Source of the DNA: Burkholderiales bacterium Ga0077544
GTDB lineage: Bacteria; Pseudomonadota; Gammaproteobacteria; Burkholderiales; Burkholderiaceae_D
Assembly (NCBI GenBank): GCA_001464355.1
Contig: LNEU01000024.1
Coordinates: forward strand, 49,063 to 113,062
Length of the DNA: 64,000 nucleotides
Direction of reading: 5' to 3'
Part shown: positions 48,055-56,724 of the stretch, one piece after another
Layout of the letters: each line of letters opens with the position of its first letter
How positions within the stretch are numbered: position 1 is the first letter of the stretch
Notes under the pieces: model-generated
Told to the model about the DNA's origin: nothing
What the model saw: the letters and a program-made list of their open reading frames with translations, nothing else
Database searches by the model: none
Made by a program: the position numbers and the translations under genes

Positions 48055-49485
48055 TCACGAGAATAGCGAGGCAAGTTGCCCCAAGCTCTCGTTTATGTCG
48101 CTACGTTCGGTAATATCCTGTTGCAAAAACAACTCTATTTTAGTGTTCAAGGCGATCGCCTCGTCCAGTATCGGGTCGGAACCTGCACTATAAGCGCCTA
48201 CGCTGATCAAGTCGCGGTTGCGCTGATAGCGGGACGTTAGCTGCTTCAGCTTGCGTGTCTGTTTTTGATGTTCGGGCGACGTGATGTTGTGCATGGCGCG
48301 GCTGATCGATTGTTCGATGTCGATGGCAGGGTAATGTCCTGCTTCCGCCAATGATCGGTTCAACACGATGTGGCCGTCCAGGATCGCGCGTGCGGCATCG
48401 GCGATCGGGTCTTGTTGATCATCGCCTTCGGTCAGGACTGTATAGAAAGCAGTGATCGAACCGCCGCCTTCCTTGCCGTTACCGGCGCGCTCAACCAATG
48501 CCGGCAGTTTGGCAAAAACCGATGGCGGATAACCTTTGGTAGCGGGCGGCTCGCCGATTGCCAGTGCAATCTCGCGTTGCGCCATCGCATAGCGGGTCAG
48601 CGAATCCATGATCAGCAATACGTCTTTGCCTTCATCACGAAAATGTTCGGCAATTGCGGTCGCATAAGCCGCTCCTTGCAAGCGCATCAAGGGTGGGGTG
48701 TCGGCCGGCGCTGCGACCACAACAGAGCGCGCCAAACCTTCGGGCCCCAGAATTTGTTCTATGAATTCCTTGACCTCGCGGCCGCGTTCGCCGATCAGAC
48801 CGACCACGATCACATCGGCAGTCGTGTAGCGCGCCATCATGCCGAGCAACACGCTTTTACCGACGCCTGAGCCGGCAAACAAGCCCATGCGCTGACCACG
48901 TCCGACTGTCAACATACTGTTGATCGCACGCACGCCGACATCGAGAATGTCCTTGATAGGCGCGCGCGACAAAGGATTGGCGGCGCGTACATTCAACGGT
49001 GCGGCGTGTGCCGCGTTAAGCGGGCCCAATGTATCCAGCGGGCGACCAGCACCATCAAGCACGCGCCCCAGTAATTCAATACCGACCGGCAGGTGGCGGC
49101 CACGATCGCTAGGGCGACGACGCGGATGCGATACGGCACCTGGACGCGGCAACGATTGCACGACTTCGATCGGATAGACACGTGTGCCAGGCACGATGCC
49201 TTCGACATCGCTTTGCGGCATCAGGAAAAGTTTGTCATCGTCGAAGCCGACAACTTCAGCCTCGATGCGCGCACCGTTCGAAAGTGGAATCGTGCAGGCG
49301 CTGCCCACCGCCAGTTTTAATCCGACTGCTTCCATCACCAGGCCTGCAACGCGCGTGATGCGGCCGGATACCAGCATCGGTTCTGCAATATCCAGCAAGG
49401 TGCCGCAATCGCGCAGATAAGCTTGCCAGCGACTGCTGTTGGGCGTAGCCGATTTCGGGGCAACAGGTGGCGGCGTGGAGGACAT
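48055..49485 (-). CDS. fliI: flagellum-specific ATP synthase FliI
   Basis: Start placed at [11 protein letters not shown], whose ATG overlaps the fliH stop by 1 nt. Walker A GSGVGKS, Walker B LLIMDS. The upstream part of ORF ..49626 overlaps fliH and was ignored. Confidence 0.95.
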   Translation of the reverse strand: MSSTPPPVAPKSATPNSSRWQAYLRDCGTLLDIAEPMLVSGRITRVAGLVMEAVGLKLAVGSACTIPLSNGARIEAEVVGFDDDKLFLMPQSDVEGIVPGTRVYPIEVVQSLPRPGAVSHPRRRPSDRGRHLPVGIELLGRVLDGAGRPLDTLGPLNAAHAAPLNVRAANPLSRAPIKDILDVGVRAINSMLTVGRGQRMGLFAGSGVGKSVLLGMMARYTTADVIVVGLIGERGREVKEFIEQILGPEGLARSVVVAAPADTPPLMRLQGAAYATAIAEHFRDEGKDVLLIMDSLTRYAMAQREIALAIGEPPATKGYPPSVFAKLPALVERAGNGKEGGGSITAFYTVLTEGDDQQDPIADAARAILDGHIVLNRSLAEAGHYPAIDIEQSISRAMHNITSPEHQKQTRKLKQLTSRYQRNRDLISVGAYSAGSDPILDEAIALNTKIELFLQQDITERSDINESLGQLASLFS

Positions 49486-50201
49486 TAGATGAGCCAGTCC
49501 GAATCTTTGCCCAAAGTAGCGGCAATGCGCTGCCAGCGGGTCGGTGTCGTGGCATCGATCTGATTGGTCACGGTTTCTACACGGCAGCCACCGCGATTCA
49601 TGTGAATATCTTCGACCACGCGCCAACCGGCTGTTTTCAGCTCATCGCCCATGTGCGTGGCCACAATCGCTGCGTCTTCCGGGTGCAAATGGAGCAGGGT
49701 AGGTTGCTGCAAAGTCGGCAGGTAATGGATTGCTTCCCGTACAGTTGGGACTATCAGTTCCGGACGCACATGCAATGCAGTTTTCAGCATTGCTTTGGCC
49801 AGATCCAGCGAAAGATCGAGCATGTCGTTGGCGATCAATTCATTGGCTTGCGCCACTTCTGTACCGAAGGCTTCAGCGATTTCCTGCAGGCCGAGTCTTT
49901 CTTTTTCAGCCAATGCACGACCTTCCGCCAGTCCTGCAGCGCGACCTTCTTCCATTCCGCTCGCATAGCCTTCGGCATGCGCTTGCGCACGTGCTTCTTC
50001 AATTTGCTTTGCCATCGCCGCGATGTTGGCCATTTGTGCGGATGCGGCGGCGTTTGCCGCTGCTTTTTCTTCTGCGATGCCGGCTTCGCTGTTTTTCAGC
50101 GCAGTCTTGCCACCAATCGGTTTTTCGTCGCCGAAAGAGGTCATTTCCCAGCGTTGATACGCTGATTGTTTTTCTTTTGGAATGACGTCAGACATAAGCA
50201 T
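49485..50201 (-). CDS. fliH: flagellar assembly protein FliH
   Basis: 238 aa with an Ala/Glu-rich coiled-coil middle region. Located between fliG and fliI. Confidence 0.88.
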   Translation of the reverse strand: MLMSDVIPKEKQSAYQRWEMTSFGDEKPIGGKTALKNSEAGIAEEKAAANAAASAQMANIAAMAKQIEEARAQAHAEGYASGMEEGRAAGLAEGRALAEKERLGLQEIAEAFGTEVAQANELIANDMLDLSLDLAKAMLKTALHVRPELIVPTVREAIHYLPTLQQPTLLHLHPEDAAIVATHMGDELKTAGWRVVEDIHMNRGGCRVETVTNQIDATTPTRWQRIAATLGKDSDWLI

Positions 50202-51183
50202 CTTCCGCGTTGCCGCCTATGGTCAGCTGGCCTTCATCGGCCAGACGGCGCACGATTTGCAGAATTTCTTTTTGATTGGTTTCGACTTCCGACAGGCGCA
50301 CAGGACCTTTGGATTCCAGATCTTCGCGCATCATTTCGCCTGCACGCTGCGACATGTTTTTAAAGAATTTTTCGCGCAATTCCGGTGTTGCACCCTTGAG
50401 AGCAATGATCAGCGACTCGGATTGGACTTCACGCAACAGCAACTGGATGCCGCGATCTTCGATATCCATGATGTTGTCAAACACGAACATCTCGTCCATG
50501 ATTTTTTGCGCCATATCGTTGTCGTAGCCTTTGAGGTTGGCCATGACTGAAATTTCGTTTTCGCCGTTGAAAAAGTTGAGAATCTCGGCCGCTGCGCGTA
50601 TGCCGCCCATCGGCTTTTTCTTCAGGTTCTCGTTGCCAGTCAATAGTTTGGTCAGCACTTCATTCAATTCGCGCAAGGCGGCTGGTTGTACGCCATCCAG
50701 CGTGGCAATACGCAATACGCAATCGTTGCGCAGACGCTCAGTAAAGTGATTCAACACCTCACTAGCCTGATCACGTTCCAGATGAACCAGAATAGTGGCG
50801 ATAATTTGCGGATGTTCATTGCGCACCAGATCGGCGACCGATTGCGCGTCCATCCATTTCAAGCTTTCGATGCCGCTGGAATCACGGGTGCCCAGAATGC
50901 GATTGAGCAGAGACGACGCTTTGTCGTCACCCAATGCCTTGGTCAGCACGTCGCGTATGTATTCGTCAGAATCGAGGCCGAGAGATGTATTCTTTTCCGT
51001 CTCGCTGCGAAACTCGCTGAGAACGGATACCAGTTCCTCGCTTTGGATGGCCTTCATTGTCGACATGGCCGCGCCGAGTTTTTGCACTTCCCGCGGGCCC
51101 AGATACTTCATCACTTCGGCAGCTTCATTCGCGCCGAGTGCCAGCATCAGTACAGCACCTTTATGTATGCCGTTATCACTCAT
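50188..51183 (-). CDS. fliG: flagellar motor switch protein FliG
   Basis: 331 aa with typical FliG segments (GAVLMLALG, EDLESKGPVRLSEVE). Confidence 0.95.
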   Translation of the reverse strand: MSDNGIHKGAVLMLALGANEAAEVMKYLGPREVQKLGAAMSTMKAIQSEELVSVLSEFRSETEKNTSLGLDSDEYIRDVLTKALGDDKASSLLNRILGTRDSSGIESLKWMDAQSVADLVRNEHPQIIATILVHLERDQASEVLNHFTERLRNDCVLRIATLDGVQPAALRELNEVLTKLLTGNENLKKKPMGGIRAAAEILNFFNGENEISVMANLKGYDNDMAQKIMDEMFVFDNIMDIEDRGIQLLLREVQSESLIIALKGATPELREKFFKNMSQRAGEMMREDLESKGPVRLSEVETNQKEILQIVRRLADEGQLTIGGNAEDAYV

Positions 51184-52894
51184 TTCCCACCCACGCTTTG
51201 ACTATGTTTGCGACGACTTTCGGGTCTTTTCTGGCAAGCTCTTTGGCGGCTTCCAGATTTTGCTGGTAACTGTTCTGTTGTACGCCCATCGGTCCGACTT
51301 CTGTTTCCAGTTCCTGAACCTTGTCGATCGGCTCACCGCTTTCATCCGTCAATGCAAGTGGCGGCGGCGGATTCAGTTTGTTAAGCATAGGCTTGAGGAC
51401 TTTAAGGTACAAGATCAAAAGTACGATGCCAAGCAACACATACTTTGCGCCCTGTATGCCCATGTCGATCACTTCCGGACGTTCCCACAGTGGCGGTTTA
51501 GCCGCTTCTTCCTTGTCAATGCCAGCGAACGGGCTGTTAACCACATTGAGCGTATCGCCGCGGTCCTTGTTGTAACCCATTGCTTCTTTCACCAGGTCGG
51601 TGATTTGGGTTTTCTCAATTTCGCTTAAAGGCAGGATGCTGACTTTGCCATCTTTGCCGACGACACGTTTGTAGTTGACGACGACCGCGACCGACAGTCG
51701 TTTCAGGCCGCCCATAGGTTGCTGAACGTAGCGTACCGTTTTATCCACTTCGTAATTGGTGGTGGTGTCGCGTTGCGTCGGTGTAGTGTTTGCAGCGGCA
51801 CCCGCTGCTGCTGCGCCTGGCGTTCCTGCTGCAGCGGCAGCAGTTCCTGGTGCGGCAGGCGGGGGTGTCGTGTTAAGCGGCGCGGTAGCAGCTGGTGCCG
51901 GTTGATTTGTCAATGCACCAGGCACTCCGGTTGCATTCGCACCGCCATTCGACGACTCGCTGCTTTGCATGCTGCGCACGGTGGCGCTGTTAGGTACTTG
52001 ATTCGGTTTATAAATTTCAGCCGCTTGTTCACTGGTGGAAAAATCGACATCGGCGGTTGCTTCGGCACGGACATTATTCAGGCCGACTATCGGTGTAATG
52101 ATCGATTCGATCCGTTTGGTAATACTTTGTTGCAGCTCTTGTACGTATTTGAGTTGTGATGGGTCCAGCGTATTGTTGCTGGCGGGTTTGTTGTTATCTG
52201 AAAGCAGATTGCCAGCCTGATCGACGATAGTCACATTCTTGGGTGACAATTCAGGCACGCTGCTGGCGACCAGATGGACGATGGCACTGACCTGCTGCTG
52301 ATCGAGGAAACGACCGGCATGCAGATTCAGTAAAACAGATGCGGTTGGTTTTTGCTGGTCGCGGACGAACACGGATGCTTTAGGCAAGGCAAGATGTACG
52401 CGTGCCGCTTGTACCGCACCTACGGATTGAATGGAGCGAGAGAGTTCGCCTTCCAGTGCGCGCTGAAAGTTCACTTGTTCCAGGAATTGCGAAACGCCGA
52501 GTTTTTGGTTTTCCATCAATTCAAAGCCGACGCTGCCGCCTTTAGGCAAGCCTTCTGCTGCCAGTTTCAGACGAATTTCATGAACCTTGTCAGCCGGCAC
52601 CAGAATTGCGCCGCCGCCTTCAGCGAATTTATACGGGACGTTGGCTGCTTGCAGCGAAGTCATGATGGCGCCGCCATCACGATCAGAAAAGTTGGAAAAG
52701 AGCACGCGATATTCAGGCTTCTGGCCCCACAGAACCACCCCGATCATGACCGCAATCACTGCGGCAATACCGACCATTAATACGATCTTGCGGCCGTTAG
52801 GCGATTTCGCCATATCAAGGATGGTGTTGGGGCTATTCCCGGTCAGCTCGGTACCTTGGGATAGGCTGCCTTCACCTGCTACGACTACTGCCAT
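51176..52894 (-). CDS. fliF: flagellar MS-ring protein FliF
   Basis: 572 aa with YscJ/FliF family domains, a Pro/Ala-rich insert and a C-terminal FliG-binding region. Confidence 0.95.
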   Translation of the reverse strand: MAVVVAGEGSLSQGTELTGNSPNTILDMAKSPNGRKIVLMVGIAAVIAVMIGVVLWGQKPEYRVLFSNFSDRDGGAIMTSLQAANVPYKFAEGGGAILVPADKVHEIRLKLAAEGLPKGGSVGFELMENQKLGVSQFLEQVNFQRALEGELSRSIQSVGAVQAARVHLALPKASVFVRDQQKPTASVLLNLHAGRFLDQQQVSAIVHLVASSVPELSPKNVTIVDQAGNLLSDNNKPASNNTLDPSQLKYVQELQQSITKRIESIITPIVGLNNVRAEATADVDFSTSEQAAEIYKPNQVPNSATVRSMQSSESSNGGANATGVPGALTNQPAPAATAPLNTTPPPAAPGTAAAAAGTPGAAAAGAAANTTPTQRDTTTNYEVDKTVRYVQQPMGGLKRLSVAVVVNYKRVVGKDGKVSILPLSEIEKTQITDLVKEAMGYNKDRGDTLNVVNSPFAGIDKEEAAKPPLWERPEVIDMGIQGAKYVLLGIVLLILYLKVLKPMLNKLNPPPPLALTDESGEPIDKVQELETEVGPMGVQQNSYQQNLEAAKELARKDPKVVANIVKAWVGNE

Positions 52895-53146
52895 GGTTGT
52901 GCTCCTGCGCGGCGATCGTCAAATTGGACTGGATTGTGCATCGATGTTCTCGCTCTTCAAACTTTTTTCCGTAGCATGAATTGTCAAGGCTACGAGGAAA
53001 TTCAATCTTTGGAATAGAGCAATGTTTCTATCCCTTATCAGACCGATTCAATTTGACGTGCGTGATAACTTGGCGAGGTAGCTTGGAATCCCTATCGGGA
53101 GTCCGGATGGATCGGTTGAGACAATTATAGTGCTTGGCCGCAACAG

Positions 53147-53509
53147 ATGGAGAAAATGATGAAAGTCGGTGGAATTGATTCAACGGCAATAGATGCCATG
53201 GTTGCCCAGCTCAAGGCGGCGGCCGCGCGCTCGCAGCCTGCGGCAAATCTGATGGGCGCTGCACCGGTTGAAAAATCGGCAACAAAAGTGGATTTTTCCC
53301 AGGCGCTGAAGGCGTCGCTCGATAGTGTCGCCAGTGCGCAAAATCACGCGAATACATTGGGGGAAAAATTTACTGTGGGGGATGACAGCGTCAACCTGTC
53401 GGATGTAATGATTTCGATGCAAAAAGCGAGTATTTCTTTTCAGGCAACGGTACAAGTGCGTAACAAGCTGGTGTCGGCCTATCAGGAAATGATGAATATG
53501 CAGGTGTAG
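53147..53509 (+). CDS. fliE: flagellar hook-basal body complex protein FliE
   Basis: C-terminus MISMQKASISFQATVQVRNKLVSAYQEMMNMQV is typical of FliE. The start is ambiguous (53147, 53156 or 53159). The last has the best GGAG spacing. Confidence 0.88.
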   Translation: MEKMMKVGGIDSTAIDAMVAQLKAAAARSQPAANLMGAAPVEKSATKVDFSQALKASLDSVASAQNHANTLGEKFTVGDDSVNLSDVMISMQKASISFQATVQVRNKLVSAYQEMMNMQV

Positions 53510-53621
53510 TACGGTAATAGAATTTTTTGCAGATTTTGAAGGCGACTCTTGTATCTGATCGTAGTCGCCTTTTGCAGTACTGTCGTACTTCTAGATAAAC
53601 ATTTCGCTATATCCCCGCCAC

Positions 53622-54377
53622 TCAACCTAGTCCGGTTGCTTTTGCATTGCGATCTCTTTCGAGTTTGGTAATGTATTTCTGTACTGCGCCCAATGTGCCA
53701 TTGGATGGATCCACAAATGCGCATCCCACGCGGCTGATGACTTTGCCATTGGTCAGCGTCACCTCCAGCAGATTGCGGATTTGCAAATCTACTGTCACCG
53801 GTCCGCCGGGCAAATCAATTCGGCAGTTTTCATAAATGCGACCTTGAGTTGGATCGATCAATTTTTTCTCATCGACTATCGATATGCCGCCACCGCTGAT
53901 ATTGTGTAAGGTCGTCACGACAGAAATGACCTGATCGTCAGTTTTGACGGATATCGTGCAATAAACAGGATTGGTGACAGGAGTAGGAACACGATAGAAC
54001 TCCCGTCGTTGCAGACGAACCACGTCGACAGGCAATGGGATCATGAAGGCGGGCAAGCCTTCATATATGCAACTCTCGGCGGCTGGCGAATTGAACAGAA
54101 TGCGGATGTTTTCCAATACGGTTTCAAAGGATAATTTTTCACTGTCGAGTACGCGCTGATTCATGATGGCCGTTGGCGCGCAATCAAGCAGAACCATATC
54201 GTTTGTTTCGTCAATATTCAAAATTGAAGTAACAATGGTGTCCTGTCCATGATTGATCAGCATGCGGACAAGCTGGTTGCGCTCACCTATGCTGCGCAGC
54301 AAGGCGATTACTTCCCGGCGGGAACGAACCCGAAACGGGTTCAAATCATCATTTTCGTATTCACTAGCGAGAGTCAT
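53622..54377 (-). CDS. ycgR: flagellar brake protein, YcgR-like (PilZN plus PilZ, c-di-GMP binding)
   Basis: 251 aa. PilZ motifs RxxxR (QRREFYRV) and (D/N)xSxxG (NISGGGIS) are at the expected spacing. N-terminal YcgR-type domain. Confidence 0.8.
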   Translation of the reverse strand: MTLASEYENDDLNPFRVRSRREVIALLRSIGERNQLVRMLINHGQDTIVTSILNIDETNDMVLLDCAPTAIMNQRVLDSEKLSFETVLENIRILFNSPAAESCIYEGLPAFMIPLPVDVVRLQRREFYRVPTPVTNPVYCTISVKTDDQVISVVTTLHNISGGGISIVDEKKLIDPTQGRIYENCRIDLPGGPVTVDLQIRNLLEVTLTNGKVISRVGCAFVDPSNGTLGAVQKYITKLERDRNAKATGLG

Positions 54378-54432
54378 TATTCTTTTTCAAACTGAGTACA
54401 GGGCATCGGCATCAAACTTTTTCAGCCGACCA

Positions 54433-54717
54433 TCATACATTGCCGTCGCGTTGTTGGGCAGCTTCGACACGATATAACCACGCTAAAAGTTCAGCCACAG
54501 CACGATATAGTGCGGGTGGGATATCGTCATCCAGTTCGACCTGCATCAGCAAAGCTACTAATTCTTTCGACTCATGTACGGCTACACCATGTTCCTTGGC
54601 TCGCTCAATGATCTGTTCGGCGATCATGCCGCGTCCCTTGGCGACTACACGCGGCGCTGAATCGCCAGTCTGATAAGCGAGTGCCACGGCACTTGGCGGC
54701 GGCTTGAAGTTATCCAT
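54433..54717 (-). CDS. free-standing FlhB C-terminal-subdomain-like protein (EscU/YscU/FlhB family, no TM domain)
   Basis: 94 aa. SAVALAYQTGDSAPRVVAKGRGMIAEQIIERAKEHGVAVHESKELVALLM..IPPALYRAVAELLAWLY aligns from memory with Salmonella FlhB residues following the NPTH cleavage site. Confidence 0.8.
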   Translation of the reverse strand: MDNFKPPPSAVALAYQTGDSAPRVVAKGRGMIAEQIIERAKEHGVAVHESKELVALLMQVELDDDIPPALYRAVAELLAWLYRVEAAQQRDGNV

Positions 54718-54722
54718 TGCAG

Positions 54723-55865
54723 TTATTCATTGCGTGCGTCCGCTTGCTTGATCAGCAGGGAATCCAGCGTTGAACCCGCAGAATCCAATGCATCGGCCAA
54801 TAACCTAGCATGGTTTTTCAGGGTGGTAGCGGTTTCTTCATTACTGGTATTGACCTGCACTTGCACATGGTCGCCGGTCAAACGGATCGTTGCCGAGACT
54901 GACCCCAGGCTTGGTAGCGAAAAACGCACCGTGCTGTTCCAGGTTTTTTCCGGCTCGGCCTGATCCGGTTTTTGCTCCGGCGTGTCGTCGGAAATTTCCC
55001 ACTCCAAGGGCTGGCCTGGAAATAACTCGCCTTGCCACATGATGCGGCGCTGCTCCAGCGTGTCGAGTTGCAGGCTGATCAGCTTGACGCCTTCATTGCC
55101 GGATACATCTTGTTTGCTTGTAAGCGGCGCCGTGCTATCCGCATCTGTTTGCTTGCCTTGCGTCGTGCGTAGTAGATCGCTCAAGGCGCGTTCCCCACCT
55201 ACCCATTCACGCACATTTGACATCAATCTGCCAAGATCATTGCCATTCGCGCCAGCTGACAAGGATTGCCCGTTGGAGGCGGGATTTGTGAACGCTGCGT
55301 TGCTCTGTTTGGCAGGAGGTTCGAGTAATAAAGCACTTGCCGGCCGCGTACCCGCCGCCCATTGCGCAACGTGCGATTCATAGAAGAGTCCGCTAAAGGT
55401 AACCGCATTTTGCAAAGCGGAAGCGATTTGCGTGGCGCTGGCACCTGGCGCAGCAACAATCGGGGTTTTTCCGACTACGGCGTTTGGCATGCCATCTTGT
55501 TGTGCCAGTTGCAGCATGTTACCGATCAGACGTCCGGCGTTGCTGAGTGACGTGGTGGCGCCCGCTTCTGCCTTGCCAAGGATGAAAGTAGGACGCGGCT
55601 GCGTTGCGAGCAAGGTGAGGTCGAGTGTGTCGCCGGCTTTGCTGCCCGCTGGCAGCTTCATGCTGGCCACGGCATCGTCGACTTTGACGAGAAAGCTGCC
55701 ATCGCTCAGGCGCGATAAAACCTGCGCCTGATATTCTTTGCCCAGTGTGAGCTGAATCAGCCGGTCGACAGATTCCTGTCTGGCGCTTCCTAGTGCATTT
55801 GCCGGGACGCTAGCCTCTACCAGGACGACGGGCCGGGTCCCTGCGTTGTCGACCCGTGGCAGCAT
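54723..55865 (-). CDS. FliK-like protein (second hook-length-control-type protein)
   Basis: 380 aa. The C-terminal segment WNSTVRFSLPSLGSVSATIRLTGDHVQVQVNTSNEETATTLKNHARLLADALDSAG resembles the FliK C-terminal (Flg_hook) domain. Only 4-5 nt gaps separate it from fliT and the flhB-C-like gene. Confidence 0.6.
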   Translation of the reverse strand: MLPRVDNAGTRPVVLVEASVPANALGSARQESVDRLIQLTLGKEYQAQVLSRLSDGSFLVKVDDAVASMKLPAGSKAGDTLDLTLLATQPRPTFILGKAEAGATTSLSNAGRLIGNMLQLAQQDGMPNAVVGKTPIVAAPGASATQIASALQNAVTFSGLFYESHVAQWAAGTRPASALLLEPPAKQSNAAFTNPASNGQSLSAGANGNDLGRLMSNVREWVGGERALSDLLRTTQGKQTDADSTAPLTSKQDVSGNEGVKLISLQLDTLEQRRIMWQGELFPGQPLEWEISDDTPEQKPDQAEPEKTWNSTVRFSLPSLGSVSATIRLTGDHVQVQVNTSNEETATTLKNHARLLADALDSAGSTLDSLLIKQADARNE

Positions 55866-55869
55866 TTAC

Positions 55870-56208
55870 TTATCCCGATTGATTGGCACCGTAAGCGCGG
55901 TTGAGCTTGCGTTCGGCACCCGTGCTATTGATCATCATCGACAATTTATTCATCCACGGCTCGGTGATGGTGCGGATTTCTTTATCGTCAGCCAGGATCT
56001 TCTTGATGATTTCCACCTTGCGTGCGCGGCTGGTACCGGTTAATGGTACTGGCGGTTCGCCGGTTTTCAGAATGTTGACCTGGTCTGCACAGCGGGACTC
56101 CAGCGCTGCCAGTTGTTCCCAATCGCCGACGCGTGCAGCTGCCAACATCTGGTCGGTGATAGTGGCGACGTTTTCGTACAGATAAATGACTTCTTGTTCG
56201 TTCATCAT
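55870..56208 (-). CDS. fliT: flagellar export chaperone FliT
   Basis: 112 aa helical protein directly after fliS. The segment GDWEQLAALESRC is typical of FliT. Confidence 0.75.
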   Translation of the reverse strand: MMNEQEVIYLYENVATITDQMLAAARVGDWEQLAALESRCADQVNILKTGEPPVPLTGTSRARKVEIIKKILADDKEIRTITEPWMNKLSMMINSTGAERKLNRAYGANQSG

Positions 56209-56211
56209 CGA

Positions 56212-56700
56212 TCAGGCTTTCATTAATCGTGGCGTGTTAGGTGCGAGTGCATCATAGGAGCCAGAAGGATTCTGGTCAGCCGATGTTGCAGCCGAAGCTG
56301 ATGGTGCAGATTTTGGTGCGATTTCTTCCCATGCGCCTTGGATGTCGTGCAAAAGCGCCTGGACTTCCTGAATGAGCTCAGGTTGATTCTTTAGATTGGC
56401 CATCAACAACTGATTGTTCATGTATTCGTACAGAGCATCCAGATTCAGCACGAGTTGTCCACCTACGGTCTTGTCCAGGCTGGCACGCAGACCATTTTCG
56501 ATAATGGCGATGGCCTTGGACAGCGCTTTACCTCTTTCCGGGATATTACCGGCTTGCATATGCTGCAGCGCGCTGGTGAGTGCAATTTGTGCGCCTTCAA
56601 ACAACATGACAATTAATTTGTGCGGATTGGCCGCGACGACGCCAGTTTCCATACCGACTTTGGCATAGGCGTTCGCTCCGCTCTGTACTGATCCAAACAT
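56212..56700 (-). CDS. fliS: flagellin-specific chaperone FliS
   Basis: 162 aa with a typical FliS four-helix core (AYAKVGMETGV..LIVMLFEGA). C-terminal extension. Confidence 0.93.
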   Translation of the reverse strand: MFGSVQSGANAYAKVGMETGVVAANPHKLIVMLFEGAQIALTSALQHMQAGNIPERGKALSKAIAIIENGLRASLDKTVGGQLVLNLDALYEYMNNQLLMANLKNQPELIQEVQALLHDIQGAWEEIAPKSAPSASAATSADQNPSGSYDALAPNTPRLMKA

Positions 56701-56724
56701 GTGGTGTCTCCCGAAACTGTTCTA

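Noticed and set aside
49486-49626. Upstream extension of the fliI ORF
   Set aside because: It lies entirely inside fliH. The ATG at 49485 overlaps the fliH stop and gives a normal FliI N-terminus.
50795-51628. 277-aa plus-strand ORF spanning the fliG/fliF junction
   Set aside because: It is antisense to two strongly supported flagellar genes. The composition is low-complexity and Ser/Arg-rich, with no start context.
52895-53146. Search for sigma-54 (TGGCAC-N5-TTGC) or sigma-28 promoters in the fliF/fliE divergent region
   Set aside because: No GG/GC pair at the correct spacing was found, and no TAAAGTTT-N11-GCCGATAA match. The promoters here are probably FlhDC/sigma-70 class 2, and I cannot define them by eye.
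54378-54432. Sigma-28-like elements (AAAAGTTT and GCCGATGC on the minus strand) upstream of the ycgR-like gene
   Set aside because: The two boxes are separated by 3 nt instead of about 11 nt, so they cannot form a functional FliA promoter.
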